A stretch of 63,757 nt of DNA, filler included, from Licmophora abbreviata (taxonomy: Eukaryota): assembly GCA_900291995.1 (NCBI GenBank). It is 11 parts of 11 records of this genome, joined end to end, with 100 filler letters (N's around TTAATTAATTAA, not from the genome) between each part and the next. Parts side by side here need not be neighbours in the genome. Positions count along the whole stretch, not along the records: positions 1 to 4,888 come from OLMU01001482.1; positions 4,989 to 15,581 come from OLMU01001483.1; 9 more parts are not named here. One strand, written 5' to 3'. Below the pieces are notes generated by a model that was given only the letters and a program-made list of their open reading frames with translations, was not told where the DNA came from and did no database searches. Below are positions 1-11,324 of the stretch, in pieces. Positions within the stretch are counted from its first letter, which is position 1. Every line of letters starts with the position of its first letter. A program made the position numbers and the translations under genes.

Positions 1-129
1 TTGCAGGACAAGCAAGCCGAGACGAAAGCGGCGGGAAAGCGGATGCCGGTGTCAAACTTCTCTAATCGTTGGTTACCCAACAAATAATTTTATACATAAG
101 GATACCCTCCACTGCAGGCAAAACGGTAT

Positions 130-202
130 GCCCGCTTAGCACAGTGGTAGTTGCACTTCATTAGTAATGAAGAGGTCCGTGGTTCGAACCCGCGAGTGGG
201 CT
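130..202 (+). tRNA. tRNA-Thr, anticodon AGT, intronless
   Basis: Acceptor stem GCCCGCT/AGTGGGC, D-loop AGTGGTAG, anticodon arm CTTCA-TTAGTAA-TGAAG, T-loop GGTTCGAAC; followed directly by a T run (Pol III terminator). Confidence 0.96.
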
Positions 203-622
203 TTTTTGCTTTTGTTTTTTTTTCTCCATACCAGTCTACTACAACTGTTCCGTCTCGGTAGACGAGAGGAGGCCCATGTACCACCTCAAGCTGACTTGTG
301 CCAACGCTTGTACTTTCAGCCCACAGTAGAACGTTGTTACAAGAATTTTTCCATCCCGAAAAAGTACGAGGGCAAGTTTGAAGTTTTTGAGTCGGATAAG
401 TCAAGTAGGGGTACGGCGGGAGCCGTTCATTTCTTGGAGCTCATGACCTTGCCGTTGGAAGGCGTGGCGCGCCCACCCCACTCCCACTAGAGTTGTGGTT
501 GTGTGGCGTTTGCCTCACAAGGTCTTGTTCATTAGAGCGATCACACTAGTTGCCCATCGTTGGAGGCCTTGCAAAGGACACTATCGCTGCTTTTCTCGGC
601 TCGATCCACCTTTAGGCTAAGA

Positions 623-1585
623 ATGTCGACAGCGGACAGCACGGCTGCTTTTTTTGCAAAGAAGAAGAAGAAAAAGGCCTTCAAAGGTTTCAACGCCAAT
701 AAGATTGATGCCTCCAGCATTACCACGACGGTGCACGTCGACGCGCCTGCAGTGTCGACCGATCCTAGCGCAAGCGTGATTTCCGCCTTGGCGTCTACCT
801 CTTTGGTAGATGGAACCTCTCCGGAACAAGAGACTGCTACCGAGCAGTGGGATGATGAAGCCATGGCCGCTGCCACCACTCGTAAGGCGGCTGGTGCTAC
901 GTCTCAACAACAGACTGCTGAACTCTTGGACATGAAAGCTCTGGATACAAAGCGCCGAGTGCAGGATGACATTGCAGAACGCATGCGGGTCGAAGAGACC
1001 AAAGCTGCTTTGGCAGCAGCAAGGGAGGGAATGGAACGAGAGGCGCAACGACTGAAGGAAAATGAGGAACAGAAGGAGACGAAAGGCACCGCCGCCCCCA
1101 CGTCTCGATTCGGAGCAGCTTCTGCGTCAGTCGGGGGAACTGGTGGCAAGTGGGTTGCTCCGCATATGCGCTCAGGAACGGCTGCAAGTTTGACTCGATC
1201 GCGGATGAGCGGGCTATCGCAGAAGCTCGACACCAAGGACGAGAGCTTGTTTCCCGATTTGGCGTCGGCGGACGCCATCTTGGAACAGCAGCAGAAGCAC
1301 GAGCAGACAGCGTATAAGGTCCCGAAGAAGTCCCCAGTTGGAGGTGGTGCTACTTGGGCCTCCTCACGTCTGACGGGGTCTCGTTCTGTAACATCTCGGC
1401 CTGCAACAGCGCCGAAACCAGCGCCTGCTCCGGAACCAACCAGCAAGCCTGAACCCCCCAAGGAGCCAAAACTAGCGCCTGCACAGGCTGCTGGTGCAAC
1501 GATACAAAAGCCTGTCAAACCGTTGGGCACGGGAGTCAAGAAAAAGAAGAAGAAGGATCTGTCGACATTCAAGCCGACTTCGTAG
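623..1585 (+). CDS. CDV3-like low-complexity protein
   Basis: First ATG at 623. N-terminal 'AFFAKKKKKK', later 'GKWVAPHMR' and 'DESLFPDL' resemble CDV3-family motifs. Confidence 0.6.
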   Translation: MSTADSTAAFFAKKKKKKAFKGFNANKIDASSITTTVHVDAPAVSTDPSASVISALASTSLVDGTSPEQETATEQWDDEAMAAATTRKAAGATSQQQTAELLDMKALDTKRRVQDDIAERMRVEETKAALAAAREGMEREAQRLKENEEQKETKGTAAPTSRFGAASASVGGTGGKWVAPHMRSGTAASLTRSRMSGLSQKLDTKDESLFPDLASADAILEQQQKHEQTAYKVPKKSPVGGGATWASSRLTGSRSVTSRPATAPKPAPAPEPTSKPEPPKEPKLAPAQAAGATIQKPVKPLGTGVKKKKKKDLSTFKPTS

Positions 1586-2044
1586 GGCTGCCGGAGTTAG
1601 CGGTGCTTAGAGGGTCTTGATAGCGAGAGATCGACCTTTCACCCACGTTTGTGATGTCTCGATAAAAGTTTAGACAACTCTATTCTTTAGTCTCAGGTAG
1701 CACGAGAATCGAAGTCAAGCAAGGCCAGAAGAAATCTGGTGGAACTACTGGTATTCCCGACATTCTACGAACGAGAGGACGCAGCTGTAGTCTACTCCGT
1801 ACCCGACGAGTAAGTCAAAACACGAATAATTCCAAAAACTCAGAATTAGGAACAAACCTTATCAGTGCGAATAGACAGTACAAGGTAAACAAGTACCCTG
1901 TACACGAGGCGATGTATTTCATAACATTCAGTGGATACGGCGCCTATAGCGCGCCCATTGTTGTCGATGTCACAACAACGGGAACGAGATTCCGATGTGA
2001 ATCTTCTCATGTTTTGGCCATCCTTCTCAACTGAGCACCCCGTC

Positions 2045-2401
2045 TCACCCAAAAACTTCCTCTAAATAGTAGTGATCGTTGTATGCAAAAGGCAAAAACG
2101 CTCCCTCTGGTGCAGGTTCCCATCTCTGCGTGCTTACTTGCATGACTTGCTCAGCTCGCAACCAGGCCTCGCCACCGACGAAATACTTCTCTCCTTTGAT
2201 AGTAGCCCCATCTCTTGGCCAACGGGTGTTCTCCACCATCTGAGTCCGACCTGTCGGATCTGATCGCCAAAACATTCCACTGAAGCCGTGTTTTCTCTTC
2301 TTCAACTTGTACGTCTTGATTCGACCAGACCGAAACACTTCTGGAGCTAGTATCGTAATGGACGCTTTCGAGGCTGTCTCGTTGCTTATACAGCCTCCCA
2401 T
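2045..2401 (-). CDS. Small uncharacterised protein (GMFWRSDPTG/WPRD family), predicted N-acylated
   Basis: 118-aa ORF starting MGGCIS (Gly2, Cys4); clear paralogue of 3055-3555. Confidence 0.8.
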   Translation of the reverse strand: MGGCISNETASKASITILAPEVFRSGRIKTYKLKKRKHGFSGMFWRSDPTGRTQMVENTRWPRDGATIKGEKYFVGGEAWLRAEQVMQVSTQRWEPAPEGAFLPFAYNDHYYLEEVFG

Positions 2402-3054
2402 GCTGACCAAAACGCTCTATTCCAAGAACCAGGTCGTTTGGTTGCACAATGCTACGTGCAAATAAGCTAGATTAACTACCATTTTGGGGTGCAAGTCAGC
2501 GATGATCATCAACATGCACTTCTCTGTTGACTTGGTGATGAATGGTCGGGCGTGGAAAGTCGTGAAGATTCCTGCTTGATTCATGTCAGCGATGAGCTCA
2601 GGGCTCCTTAATTAAATTGGTCTTCTGTGACATTTCAGAATGTCATGACATCTATCTCAGGATTGCCCAGGCAGCAAACTTCCTAACTCCACTCTCTCAC
2701 TAGTTTGCACGGTATCATACCTGGTACTGGTACCCGGTAAGGAGATTGTGTTGATCAGTCGTATCATCGCTTCAGTACACCGCAGTCGACAAGTATGATA
2801 AAGAGCGTCGAACAAGATCTCCCTTAAGAGAAGGGCAAGCGGGACTCAGGAAGGAGGGGGGGGGGGCTTGTATTCTTATAGCTTCGCACAATCGCCGACG
2901 TAGCTATCGTATGAGGATACTAGAGCTTGCGACAGTGATCTTTCTAGACAGTGTACCTCAGTACGAGATAAGAAAGCTAAGTTTCATACTTCGATTAATA
3001 CTTTAACAGACCGAAGCGTCTCTTCCGGAACCATAACCGAGTAACACTGCGGCT

Positions 3055-3555
3055 TCATTCAGTTCGTTGCAACGTCGTGGTAACGGGCTCGTTCGTCTTG
3101 TTGCGCTTCATCCAACCAAATAGTCCAGCCAACGATTGACTAGTCTTCTCTGTCTTCTTTTCTTTCTTCTTTACTTTTTCAGTCCTCTTACGTTCCTTGT
3201 AAACTTCTAAGCAGTAGTGATTGTTGTATTCGAAAGGCATGTACGCATTTTCCGGTGCCTTCACGAATTCCTTGTCGTAGAATTGCCTAACGTTAGAAGC
3301 ATGGAGCCACTTCTGACCTCGCACTGTTACCACTTCTCCACGCAGAACAGCATTGTCCCGAGGCCAATCCCGATTACTCGCAACATGACTCTTTCCGGTC
3401 GGATCCGACCGCCAGAACATGCCAGTGCAGCCAGGACGGCGCTTCACCAGAACGTACTCTGTTCTTTGTTTCTGCTCCTCCTGGTGCATTATTTTGAGTT
3501 GTTCTTGTCGTTCCTGTTCGAGCCGGGCACTATGTTGGCAGAGTGAGCGATTCAT
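3055..3555 (-). CDS. Uncharacterised protein, paralogue of 2045-2401
   Basis: Shares GMFWRSDPTG, WPRD, WLxA, AP-x2-A-x2-PF-x-YN-x-HY-x-LE with its neighbour; first ATG at 3555. Confidence 0.8.
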   Translation of the reverse strand: MNRSLCQHSARLEQERQEQLKIMHQEEQKQRTEYVLVKRRPGCTGMFWRSDPTGKSHVASNRDWPRDNAVLRGEVVTVRGQKWLHASNVRQFYDKEFVKAPENAYMPFEYNNHYCLEVYKERKRTEKVKKKEKKTEKTSQSLAGLFGWMKRNKTNEPVTTTLQRTE

Positions 3556-3941
3556 TTCGATGCTGAAAACAGCGGCAGCTGTGTCACAGAAATTGTGTGA
3601 GCAAAGTTGACAAGCAACAAGGAACACAAACTGATGATGTGTTTTGTGTTTTCACTTATGTGAACCTTGCTCGAGCTGGTTTCAAACTTCAAACTTCCCA
3701 CGCCATCGCGGCGCGCGACGGACGGGTTCAGCGTGTACAAAACTCCGGGTTTCTTTCAGATTCAGATTGAGAAAAAGAAAAAATGAAAAAAATGAAAAAA
3801 ATTCAAAAATCCACACTTGCGCTGTGATACACGCGACACGCGTCGCGAGTCGCGAGCTTACAAACGTAGTGCTGTCATTCAACAAGTTCAAGTCGTCGTA
3901 GGGTCAGCGAGTTCGCGCTGAATGCTGTACCTGGTACCGGT

Positions 3942-6436
3942 ATGTGGTCCTCATCACCGCTACGAAACTCATCTCGCCAAGCATCTTGCTTTGCATCACG
4001 CCAAAGCGACGTTGTTGCCGGAAGCTCAGCTCGCCGGCTGTCGGATTGGGATAAGTCTGGCCGCCGCGGCGGTGCCGGACGAGGTGCCGGACGAGGCGGT
4101 GATGGACGCTCGTCGAGACGAGGCGACCAGGTCGAGGGTGCTATGACTCGCTTTCGTAAGATGCGGCAGGCCGAGAAAGAGAAGCAGAATTTCGCCAAAT
4201 CTGTGCTGGAACCAGCGGCTCGGGGCGAATTGAAGAATCATCAGTCGGGCATTCCAAAACTTGCGGCCCGCAAGGGCAAGTCGCATAAAGTGCACGATGA
4301 GTTTGCGGAAGTGCACAAGACGACACTGGATCTTGTAGACGAAGCAACATTTCCAGAGGAGGATCAAGATTCTGGGATGGTGATGGATGTTGAAGCGGTA
4401 GAACGAGGGCGTCGTGCTAGAGATGGAGGGGTGCGAGTGACGTATCAGACTCAATCAGCTGAGGCGTTCTATGACTCGGAGGATGAATTCGATATCATGC
4501 AAGAGGAAGATATGATCCATAACTTGGAGGACCATCCCGATATCACCCCTAATGAAGATGGTACGCATACTCTTTACTATGATCCGGGGGAAGTCGTTGG
4601 GTCCTCCGACGGGAAGGGCCAGCGACGAGGGGATGAAAATGAAGCTCGTGACCCGGTTTCTGCCTACTTCGTTCGTCGCCCCTGGAGCAACCCGGACATG
4701 GAGACCGAACGGATCCCAGCGGAACGTTACAATCGCGTTTTGCCGTTGGCAGACCATGGGCCAGAGCTCGAAGACTTTCTCGAGGCACATCTCGAGCACC
4801 CTGCCAAGTACGCGGAGGTGACACGCTACAACCACCACTCCGAATACGAGCGAGAGCCGAAACCCGACTTCCCCCAAAACCGACTCCTNNNNNNNNNNNN
4901 NNNNNNNNNNNNNNNNNNNNNNNNNNNNNNNNTTAATTAATTAANNNNNNNNNNNNNNNNNNNNNNNNNNNNNNNNNNNNNNNNNNNNACGAGCGAGAGC
5001 CGAAACCCGACTTCCCCCAAAACCGACTCCTGCCTTCCGAGGAGTTTGTCACGTCTCATAAGCGCTTTCTCTATGTGACAGGACTCCCACACTTCACGAT
5101 GGACGACGACGAAGTTGGTGACTTTGAAAATCCTGTGCACCGCTATGAAGTTGTTAAGATGGTGTCGGGTATCTTTGGAATCGAAGCGGAGCACGTAAGC
5201 CCTTGCAATATGACGTCGGCTTTTATTGGATACGTCGACAAACAGAAATTTTACGATGCCCAGCGAAGCGGACCCTCCCGCCGTAGCTTCGTGAAACCGA
5301 TCCTTATTACCAGATATTCTGGGACCGAACACGATGAGTTTGTAAACTCTTCGGACGCCGTCGTGGAGCTGAGCCACCTACCTGCTGGCATGAGTGCCGG
5401 AAAACTATCCCATGCCTTGTTTCCAGCTGGTAGTGAATTAGGATCCATCTACGGACCCATAAGTAAGGATCAAGTTCTGATCACATCCCCAGTGACCGCT
5501 TTGGTTCGCTTGGAGTCAGCGAAACACGCAGAGTCGGCTATCTCCTCGGCAATGCTGGAGAGTCACCTGAAGGAGCTCGGGTCAAGCCGCGTCCGATACT
5601 TCAAGGCTCGACGCGAGATCGTCCACGCCAAGTTCGGAGGCCCAAACATGTGTCGAGAGATGAAACGGAGAGGATATCGCCTCATTGTGGACGGCGATGC
5701 ACCGTCTCCAGAGTTTTATCGCAGTCATGCAGGTGTGCTTCACCTGCGAGGCTTGAATCCGTCCGTCACGAAGAAGGATCTTGCGGAGATCTTCCAACCC
5801 TTCTCGATGGACAGAAGGGATGTCACAGGATCGGTGGAATTCGTGAAGTGTGAAGAGGGGCTCCCTACTGATCGTGCTTTTGTTGGTTTCGATGCGTTAG
5901 ATGAAGCAGAAAAGGTCCTCACGTCCTGCAGTGGTCTTCTGCAGATCGGTAAGACAAAGGTGGTGGTCCGAGCTGTGAAAGACAAGCATCAGTTCCGACT
6001 TGAAAGACATGGCGGGAAAGAACCAAAAGAGTCCCGACCCATGCGAAGTCAAGAAGATATCCTGGAGAGCTTGAATAATTGGGAGCAGTTTGTCGATCCG
6101 AAAGAGATCCAAGAGTTAGAAGAACTGGGAATCCGCAAGGAAGTGCTTGACAGTGCCTTCCGCACAATGCGTTTCCAGAACAAGACGTTTGGTCCCAGCG
6201 ATCAGGCTCTTACTCGCGAGCGCCTGGTGCCCGATCGATCATCCGGTGACGATTATCGCGAGACTGTTCGTGAGTACATTGACACCCTGAAGGAGTGTAT
6301 GGCGACTCCAGAGAATCCAGGCCTTGTGTACAAGAGCCTGTTCTTCCCGAATGAGGAACTAGATCTGTCATTCTTTGATGTTGAGAAAGAGCGCCAAAAG
6401 AAACTTCGAGCGAAGTACGAAGGTACCTCCTCCTGA
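3942..6436 (+). CDS. RGG + multi-RRM RNA-binding protein, possibly mitochondrial (spans false gap)
   Basis: Contig ends overlap by 43 bp (4846-4888 = 4989-5031), joining the ORFs in frame (...QNRLLPSEEFVTSHKRFLYVTGLP...). RRM-like segments FLYVTGLP..AFIGY, VVELSHLP, VLHLRGLNPSVTKKDLAEIF..AFVGF. Ser/Arg-rich N-terminus and RGG repeats. Confidence 0.75.
4889..4988. other. Artificial contig spacer N44-TTAATTAATTAA-N44 (also 15582-15681, 22937-23036, 32728-32827, 36234-36333, 42847-42946, 53949-54048, 57318-57417, 60820-60919, 62141-62240)
   Basis: Ten identical 100-bp blocks whose core gives stops in all six frames. Confidence 0.99.
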
Positions 6437-6788
6437 TCTAGTTTATTGAGTCACTGCTAGCTCAAAGATATGTTTGTGTTAGGCAATGGCATTTCGGAAT
6501 ATCATGTTTAGCTGAGACTTGACTCACTCATACCAGTATGTATCAGTATCATGCCGGCACCGGCAAGGAGTGTGTGCAGCAGTGTGGCACCAACCCAACC
6601 CAACAGCCGTTGGAAAGCGTTATAGTGTATATATCTACTTATCCAGATATTAAATGTCGCCATCTCTATCTCTTTCTCACAGCGCCAACGAGCGACAGGA
6701 TAACACGATCGCTGATGGTGCGCTCCACTCCTACACCATGATGGCACACCGTTAGACCCATTTCCGTAGTCCTTCCACGACGACGACC

Positions 6789-9700
6789 ATGGAGCACCCT
6801 GATGATGAAACAGATTCTCGTTCCTCAGTGCCGAAAAAAGACGATCGGCGTCGAAAGAAGCAGGCTAGGTTCAAGCAGTACCAGGCTACGAAAGGAAGCA
6901 CTGGCAAGCCGAGGGCATACGAAGATGATATGGGAGTACCGGTAGAGGCGGACGAGCCCGTCGAACCGGAGGATGGATTGATGCTGTCAAGTGGATCGCT
7001 CCCCTCAAACAAGGTATCCACAGAAAGTCCTTCGGGTCGTAGGCGGTCGTCACGAGAAGGTCGCGGGGCGCAGCGGTACGACGACGAAATTTTGTCTAGG
7101 AGAATTGAGCAGGCGAAGGAACGCTCTTGTAGCCAGGAGAATTCAACCAGTTTTGAAAAACCGGATACTGCTGTAGAGGAAAAGAAGACAAGCCAATGGG
7201 ACACGCGCTCCATTCTTGACCACCCACCGGAGGGTGTTGAACGACCGGAAGCCCTAGATTCATCGTGGAACCCAGAAATTCCTCGTTTCGACGTTTCAGA
7301 GACATCGGACGACCCGTCCGCTGGCGATACGACCCCCGTCGGAGATGGCCTGGACATGTTTGACACAAAATCATGGGCAGTTAGCGAAACAAATTTTTCG
7401 ACATTCACCCCGGCAGTATTGGCAACCAGTCATGAGTCCGACGTTTCCCGCACAAATGGCGCTGACATGGAAGATTCTGATTTCGATGAGCAATGGGAAG
7501 CTGTGAAGCAACAGAAGAGAGAAGAGGCCCTGGTGGATAGAAATGGTCTCACCGATGAACCGACAAACGAAGAAAATCCCAAGATCAAGGACGATGAAGC
7601 ATTGCTCGGTGACGACGAGATTCGGAGCGACGTGCTGGACAGCTCTGGTCCTACCGGCGATGGACAGCTGTCAGAAGAACATAGACGACTTCAGCAGCTA
7701 CGGATACAAACTTATTCTGCAGAAGCCGAGGCGGACTCCGATAGTTCTGGAGGAGAAGACGTGGGGAGCGATGTTGAGTCGCTTCCAGACATCGATGACG
7801 ATGTCCAATATATCTCTGCCGACAGCGAGGACGAGGTAGATATGATGCAAGTACCGGTACCAGACAACACTTTGGACGAGGAAATTCTATCTGGAATTCA
7901 GCACTCGTCGGCTCAAGATTTTGCATCGTTTCATGCGAGCATGCCACCGGTAGCTGCGACTGTACCGATAGTTGAGGCTGCTCCGATGATGGAGGTCGAG
8001 AACCTGAAACTTGGCGGCGACGAGACGCCGATGATGTCCAACAAAAAAAAGAAAATCATGCTCAAGATAGCACCTCCTCCGGAAGAGAAGCTGAGAAAGT
8101 GGGAAGAAGAGAAATTGCGCCCTTTAAAACATGCTGTCGCAAGGTCTAGGCCTGAGAGCTCAAACTCTGTTCAAAACTCACCTGGGGGGTCCCATAAGTC
8201 TATAGAAGGGACGGAATCAGGCCACGGGCCGAACGCCATGCCAGGGCAAAGTGCTTCTCCTGCAGATAAGGCGAGAACAGGCTTATATCTTGACCAGCAG
8301 CGGTCACCAGCCCATTATGATGGAAAGATTGCGGAGAAGCTTATCATGGCTAGCTCTGCTGCCTCTAATAAGTTCGAGAGTATGGTTGCTCGTGAGGGCA
8401 TCAAATCATCGATCTCCCGAGAGCTGCTTACCTCCAGGAGTCTAGATTTTGAAACCGAATATGTGGAAATCGAGGATGCTTCAAGTAATAACAGACCTTC
8501 TTTCTTCTGCGCTCCCGACTCTATCCGCGAGAATATTGCCAGTATGACCAGCTCATCTCTCGGCATAAGCGAATTATCAGTTTGCCATGGAAGCGACGAC
8601 AAATGCTCCGATGATGGTTCCACGTTCATATGCCCTCCGATCAAGGCATCGCGCTCGACAGATGAGATGCGATCGACTTCTGTTTCAAAATCGCATAGCG
8701 GTGAGTTGGAGAAGATGAACCGAGGGGTAGAACTGTTCGGTGGAGCCTTTAGTCCTTGGCGAAACTCCGGCTTGGCGCCGGTCTCTGATAAACGAGCTCT
8801 TTCTGGCTATGAAATGGCTTCTATCGATCACGTAAACCCGCTTCCTGAGCGAACACTGACGGAAAGGTCCGAACCGGCGCCCAAGAATGTCGACGCCGGT
8901 GCCATAGCTGTGGACGAATTGCTCGTTTGGCTTCAGAATGATGTGCTCGGGAAGGCGGGCGACCCCGACACCGCAAACTTATATGCGTTGTCGCCTCAGC
9001 AGGCTCAGAGGCGAATTGCAGCATTTCTCGAGCACGACAAGCACCTGAATACGCTGTGTAAGTACGCGCTGGACAAGGTGAACAGCAGGAATCGTGAAGA
9101 ATCTACGACAGAGGTATCCGAAAAGACCTCAGTACCCTTTTCTGTCCCCGCTGGAGGAAACAACACATCTTCGAGGGTTCTTGCTGCGCACTTAGTCAGT
9201 TTTATGGCTCTACTTTCCAACAAGAGCGGCGTGGAGTCGCCCTTCGGCGATGGCAACCCTTTCTTGCTTGATATTGTTGGACGATCTCTGAATCGTGCAG
9301 AGGAAAAAGATGCCGACCAGGAGAGTAGTTCCGACGCTCGAAATTTACAAGGTCTGGTTCTCAATTACCTTGATGGAGGGTGCATTCCTATTGTGCAGTT
9401 TCTTTATGAAGTATGCCACTATGGGAAAGAGCTGAAACAGAATTCCGACGCGGCCGACGCCAAGGCGCCACTGGGGGAATATCAAGAAATGTGCACTCGT
9501 GAGAACATGGAATCGTTTAATCCACGCTTCCAGGTCCCAGGAGAAAGTCCTAGTCCATTTGAAACCACCTCCGAGGTACTGCCAGATATCCTTTCCAGTA
9601 TTTTAGATTTTCTCGGTGACCCTGTTGCTGTTTGTCGGACCAAGATGTTGAACCATGTCTGTAGTCGAGCAATCACAGACAATGAACACGTGATGATGCG

Positions 9701-11105
9701 GAATGCTGTCCGCTGCGGTGGAATGAGCATGAACGTTCGGCCTGCTTTCTGGATGTGGATAACGCTTGAAAAGTGTACCATACAAGACCGCAAACAGTCT
9801 ACAGTCGACGCGACCAAGAGCGGCCCTGAGGTTGATCGATGCTACAGTGATGATGCCGAAGACCTTTCGAGCCATGCCCCGGTGGCTTCATCTAGTCTCG
9901 CATCCCTTGAGCAGATCGGACGCGAAGGCAAATGGCATAATATCATACAGCGCGATGTGACGAGGGCATTTGGAAACATGCCGCCGCACAAGACAGGCGC
10001 GAGACTGCGCACTGATTCAATTGTTCGTGCCATGGTGACGTGGGGCAGAAGTCGTCTGTTGAAACGAGGAGTAAAAGGTGGCGGCGCGCCTGATTCCCAT
10101 TCGAGTCCTGCCCCATGGAGAGCCGATGACCTTGATACTGACGGGAGTAACGAGTCACGCGCTGATAAAGTGAGCGACTGGGGAGGCATCTCTCCTGTAG
10201 GCAGCTTTAGCAGTGTGCCAGGTGGTGCAGGGGAGTATTCGTATGGAAAGCAGACCTCTGGTCGCGCGTCCATACCCATGGAAGCCAACGGTGACAAGCC
10301 CGAGAAAATTTCGAAGTCGCTGGAAGAGTTGGCACTTAGCGGCAATGCCTTGACAGATGAAATGAAAGTTGACCTCCAGAATCAGCTGGGATTCATTCTT
10401 CATGCTCTTGCAGCTGCGCACGAGGACGTCGGCTACTGTCAGGGGATGGACTACATTGTTGCTCACCTCCTTAGGGTTCTTCAGGACACAGTACGTTGGT
10501 GCGCTGTCAAAGGTACGCTCCCTTCTGCGATCAGAGCCCGTCCCGAAATACCAGAGGCAGACACAGATGACCAGTCGTTATCGCTACGAATTGATGAAGC
10601 GATTGAGGGGAGTTTGGTAGTTGAAGAGACTGTCTTTCGAGTGATGGATACATTGTTCACGACTTACAACCTTCGACATATGTTCTGGCCAGAGCTGCGC
10701 TGCCTGAAGACATGTTGTCGAGTCTTTGAGCGATTGATTCAGATCAAGCTTCCAGTTCTTGCAGATCACTTCGAGCATCACGATCTGAACGTGGGACTCT
10801 TTGCCCTTGGCTGGTTTCAAACGCTTTTCCTATACTTGCCTTCTATGCCAAGTCAGACTGTTTGCCACATGTGGGACATTTGGCTTGTCGAAAGGAGCTT
10901 CAAGATTTTCTTTCGAGTGGGAACCGCGATCTTGTTCTTGAGTCAGCCTATTCTCTTGAATCACGAGCTCGAGGGCATGATGACATATCTTAACACTTTT
11001 CCTGATGCAACGCTCCTGAATCCAGATATTCTGATTGCGTGCGCACTCCAAATCAAGGTGACAAACCGTATGCTCGAGGAGATCGAACAAGATGTCACTG
11101 GGTAG
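6789..11105 (+). CDS. TBC-domain Rab GTPase-activating protein with long acidic disordered N-terminus
   Basis: 1438-aa ORF with TBC motifs IQRDVTR (Arg finger), GYCQGMDYIV (Gln finger), WFQTLF, MWDIWL. Confidence 0.92.
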   Translation: MEHPDDETDSRSSVPKKDDRRRKKQARFKQYQATKGSTGKPRAYEDDMGVPVEADEPVEPEDGLMLSSGSLPSNKVSTESPSGRRRSSREGRGAQRYDDEILSRRIEQAKERSCSQENSTSFEKPDTAVEEKKTSQWDTRSILDHPPEGVERPEALDSSWNPEIPRFDVSETSDDPSAGDTTPVGDGLDMFDTKSWAVSETNFSTFTPAVLATSHESDVSRTNGADMEDSDFDEQWEAVKQQKREEALVDRNGLTDEPTNEENPKIKDDEALLGDDEIRSDVLDSSGPTGDGQLSEEHRRLQQLRIQTYSAEAEADSDSSGGEDVGSDVESLPDIDDDVQYISADSEDEVDMMQVPVPDNTLDEEILSGIQHSSAQDFASFHASMPPVAATVPIVEAAPMMEVENLKLGGDETPMMSNKKKKIMLKIAPPPEEKLRKWEEEKLRPLKHAVARSRPESSNSVQNSPGGSHKSIEGTESGHGPNAMPGQSASPADKARTGLYLDQQRSPAHYDGKIAEKLIMASSAASNKFESMVAREGIKSSISRELLTSRSLDFETEYVEIEDASSNNRPSFFCAPDSIRENIASMTSSSLGISELSVCHGSDDKCSDDGSTFICPPIKASRSTDEMRSTSVSKSHSGELEKMNRGVELFGGAFSPWRNSGLAPVSDKRALSGYEMASIDHVNPLPERTLTERSEPAPKNVDAGAIAVDELLVWLQNDVLGKAGDPDTANLYALSPQQAQRRIAAFLEHDKHLNTLCKYALDKVNSRNREESTTEVSEKTSVPFSVPAGGNNTSSRVLAAHLVSFMALLSNKSGVESPFGDGNPFLLDIVGRSLNRAEEKDADQESSSDARNLQGLVLNYLDGGCIPIVQFLYEVCHYGKELKQNSDAADAKAPLGEYQEMCTRENMESFNPRFQVPGESPSPFETTSEVLPDILSSILDFLGDPVAVCRTKMLNHVCSRAITDNEHVMMRNAVRCGGMSMNVRPAFWMWITLEKCTIQDRKQSTVDATKSGPEVDRCYSDDAEDLSSHAPVASSSLASLEQIGREGKWHNIIQRDVTRAFGNMPPHKTGARLRTDSIVRAMVTWGRSRLLKRGVKGGGAPDSHSSPAPWRADDLDTDGSNESRADKVSDWGGISPVGSFSSVPGGAGEYSYGKQTSGRASIPMEANGDKPEKISKSLEELALSGNALTDEMKVDLQNQLGFILHALAAAHEDVGYCQGMDYIVAHLLRVLQDTVRWCAVKGTLPSAIRARPEIPEADTDDQSLSLRIDEAIEGSLVVEETVFRVMDTLFTTYNLRHMFWPELRCLKTCCRVFERLIQIKLPVLADHFEHHDLNVGLFALGWFQTLFLYLPSMPSQTVCHMWDIWLVERSFKIFFRVGTAILFLSQPILLNHELEGMMTYLNTFPDATLLNPDILIACALQIKVTNRMLEEIEQDVTG

Positions 11106-11324
11106 CTGTTCAAAATTCGCCTAGCTCAAAGACGATCCGGAAGTTTTCCTTTTGCTTAGATCTAGTGAGCCTTCCACCTTGTACCGGATTTGTTTGTGTG
11201 GTTTCATACGACATCAAGATTCAATGTTGACACCATCAGCCGTTTGAAAACTACGTAAAAGATGTACCTATTGCTACGTTGCTAAAAAAGTAGCACTCGA
11301 GAATACGTGCCCCTAGTTTCATTT

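Noticed and set aside
90..490. ORFs 90-404 and 167-490
   Set aside because: They overlap the tRNA and its T-rich terminator and show no protein-like features.
4933..4944. TTAATTAATTAA repeated ten times as a biological repeat or target site
   Set aside because: Always centred in identical N blocks; a synthetic six-frame stop linker.
4846..5031. Direct repeats flanking gaps (43, 21 and 21 bp) as target-site duplications
   Set aside because: Merging them restores continuous reading frames; they are unmerged contig overlaps.
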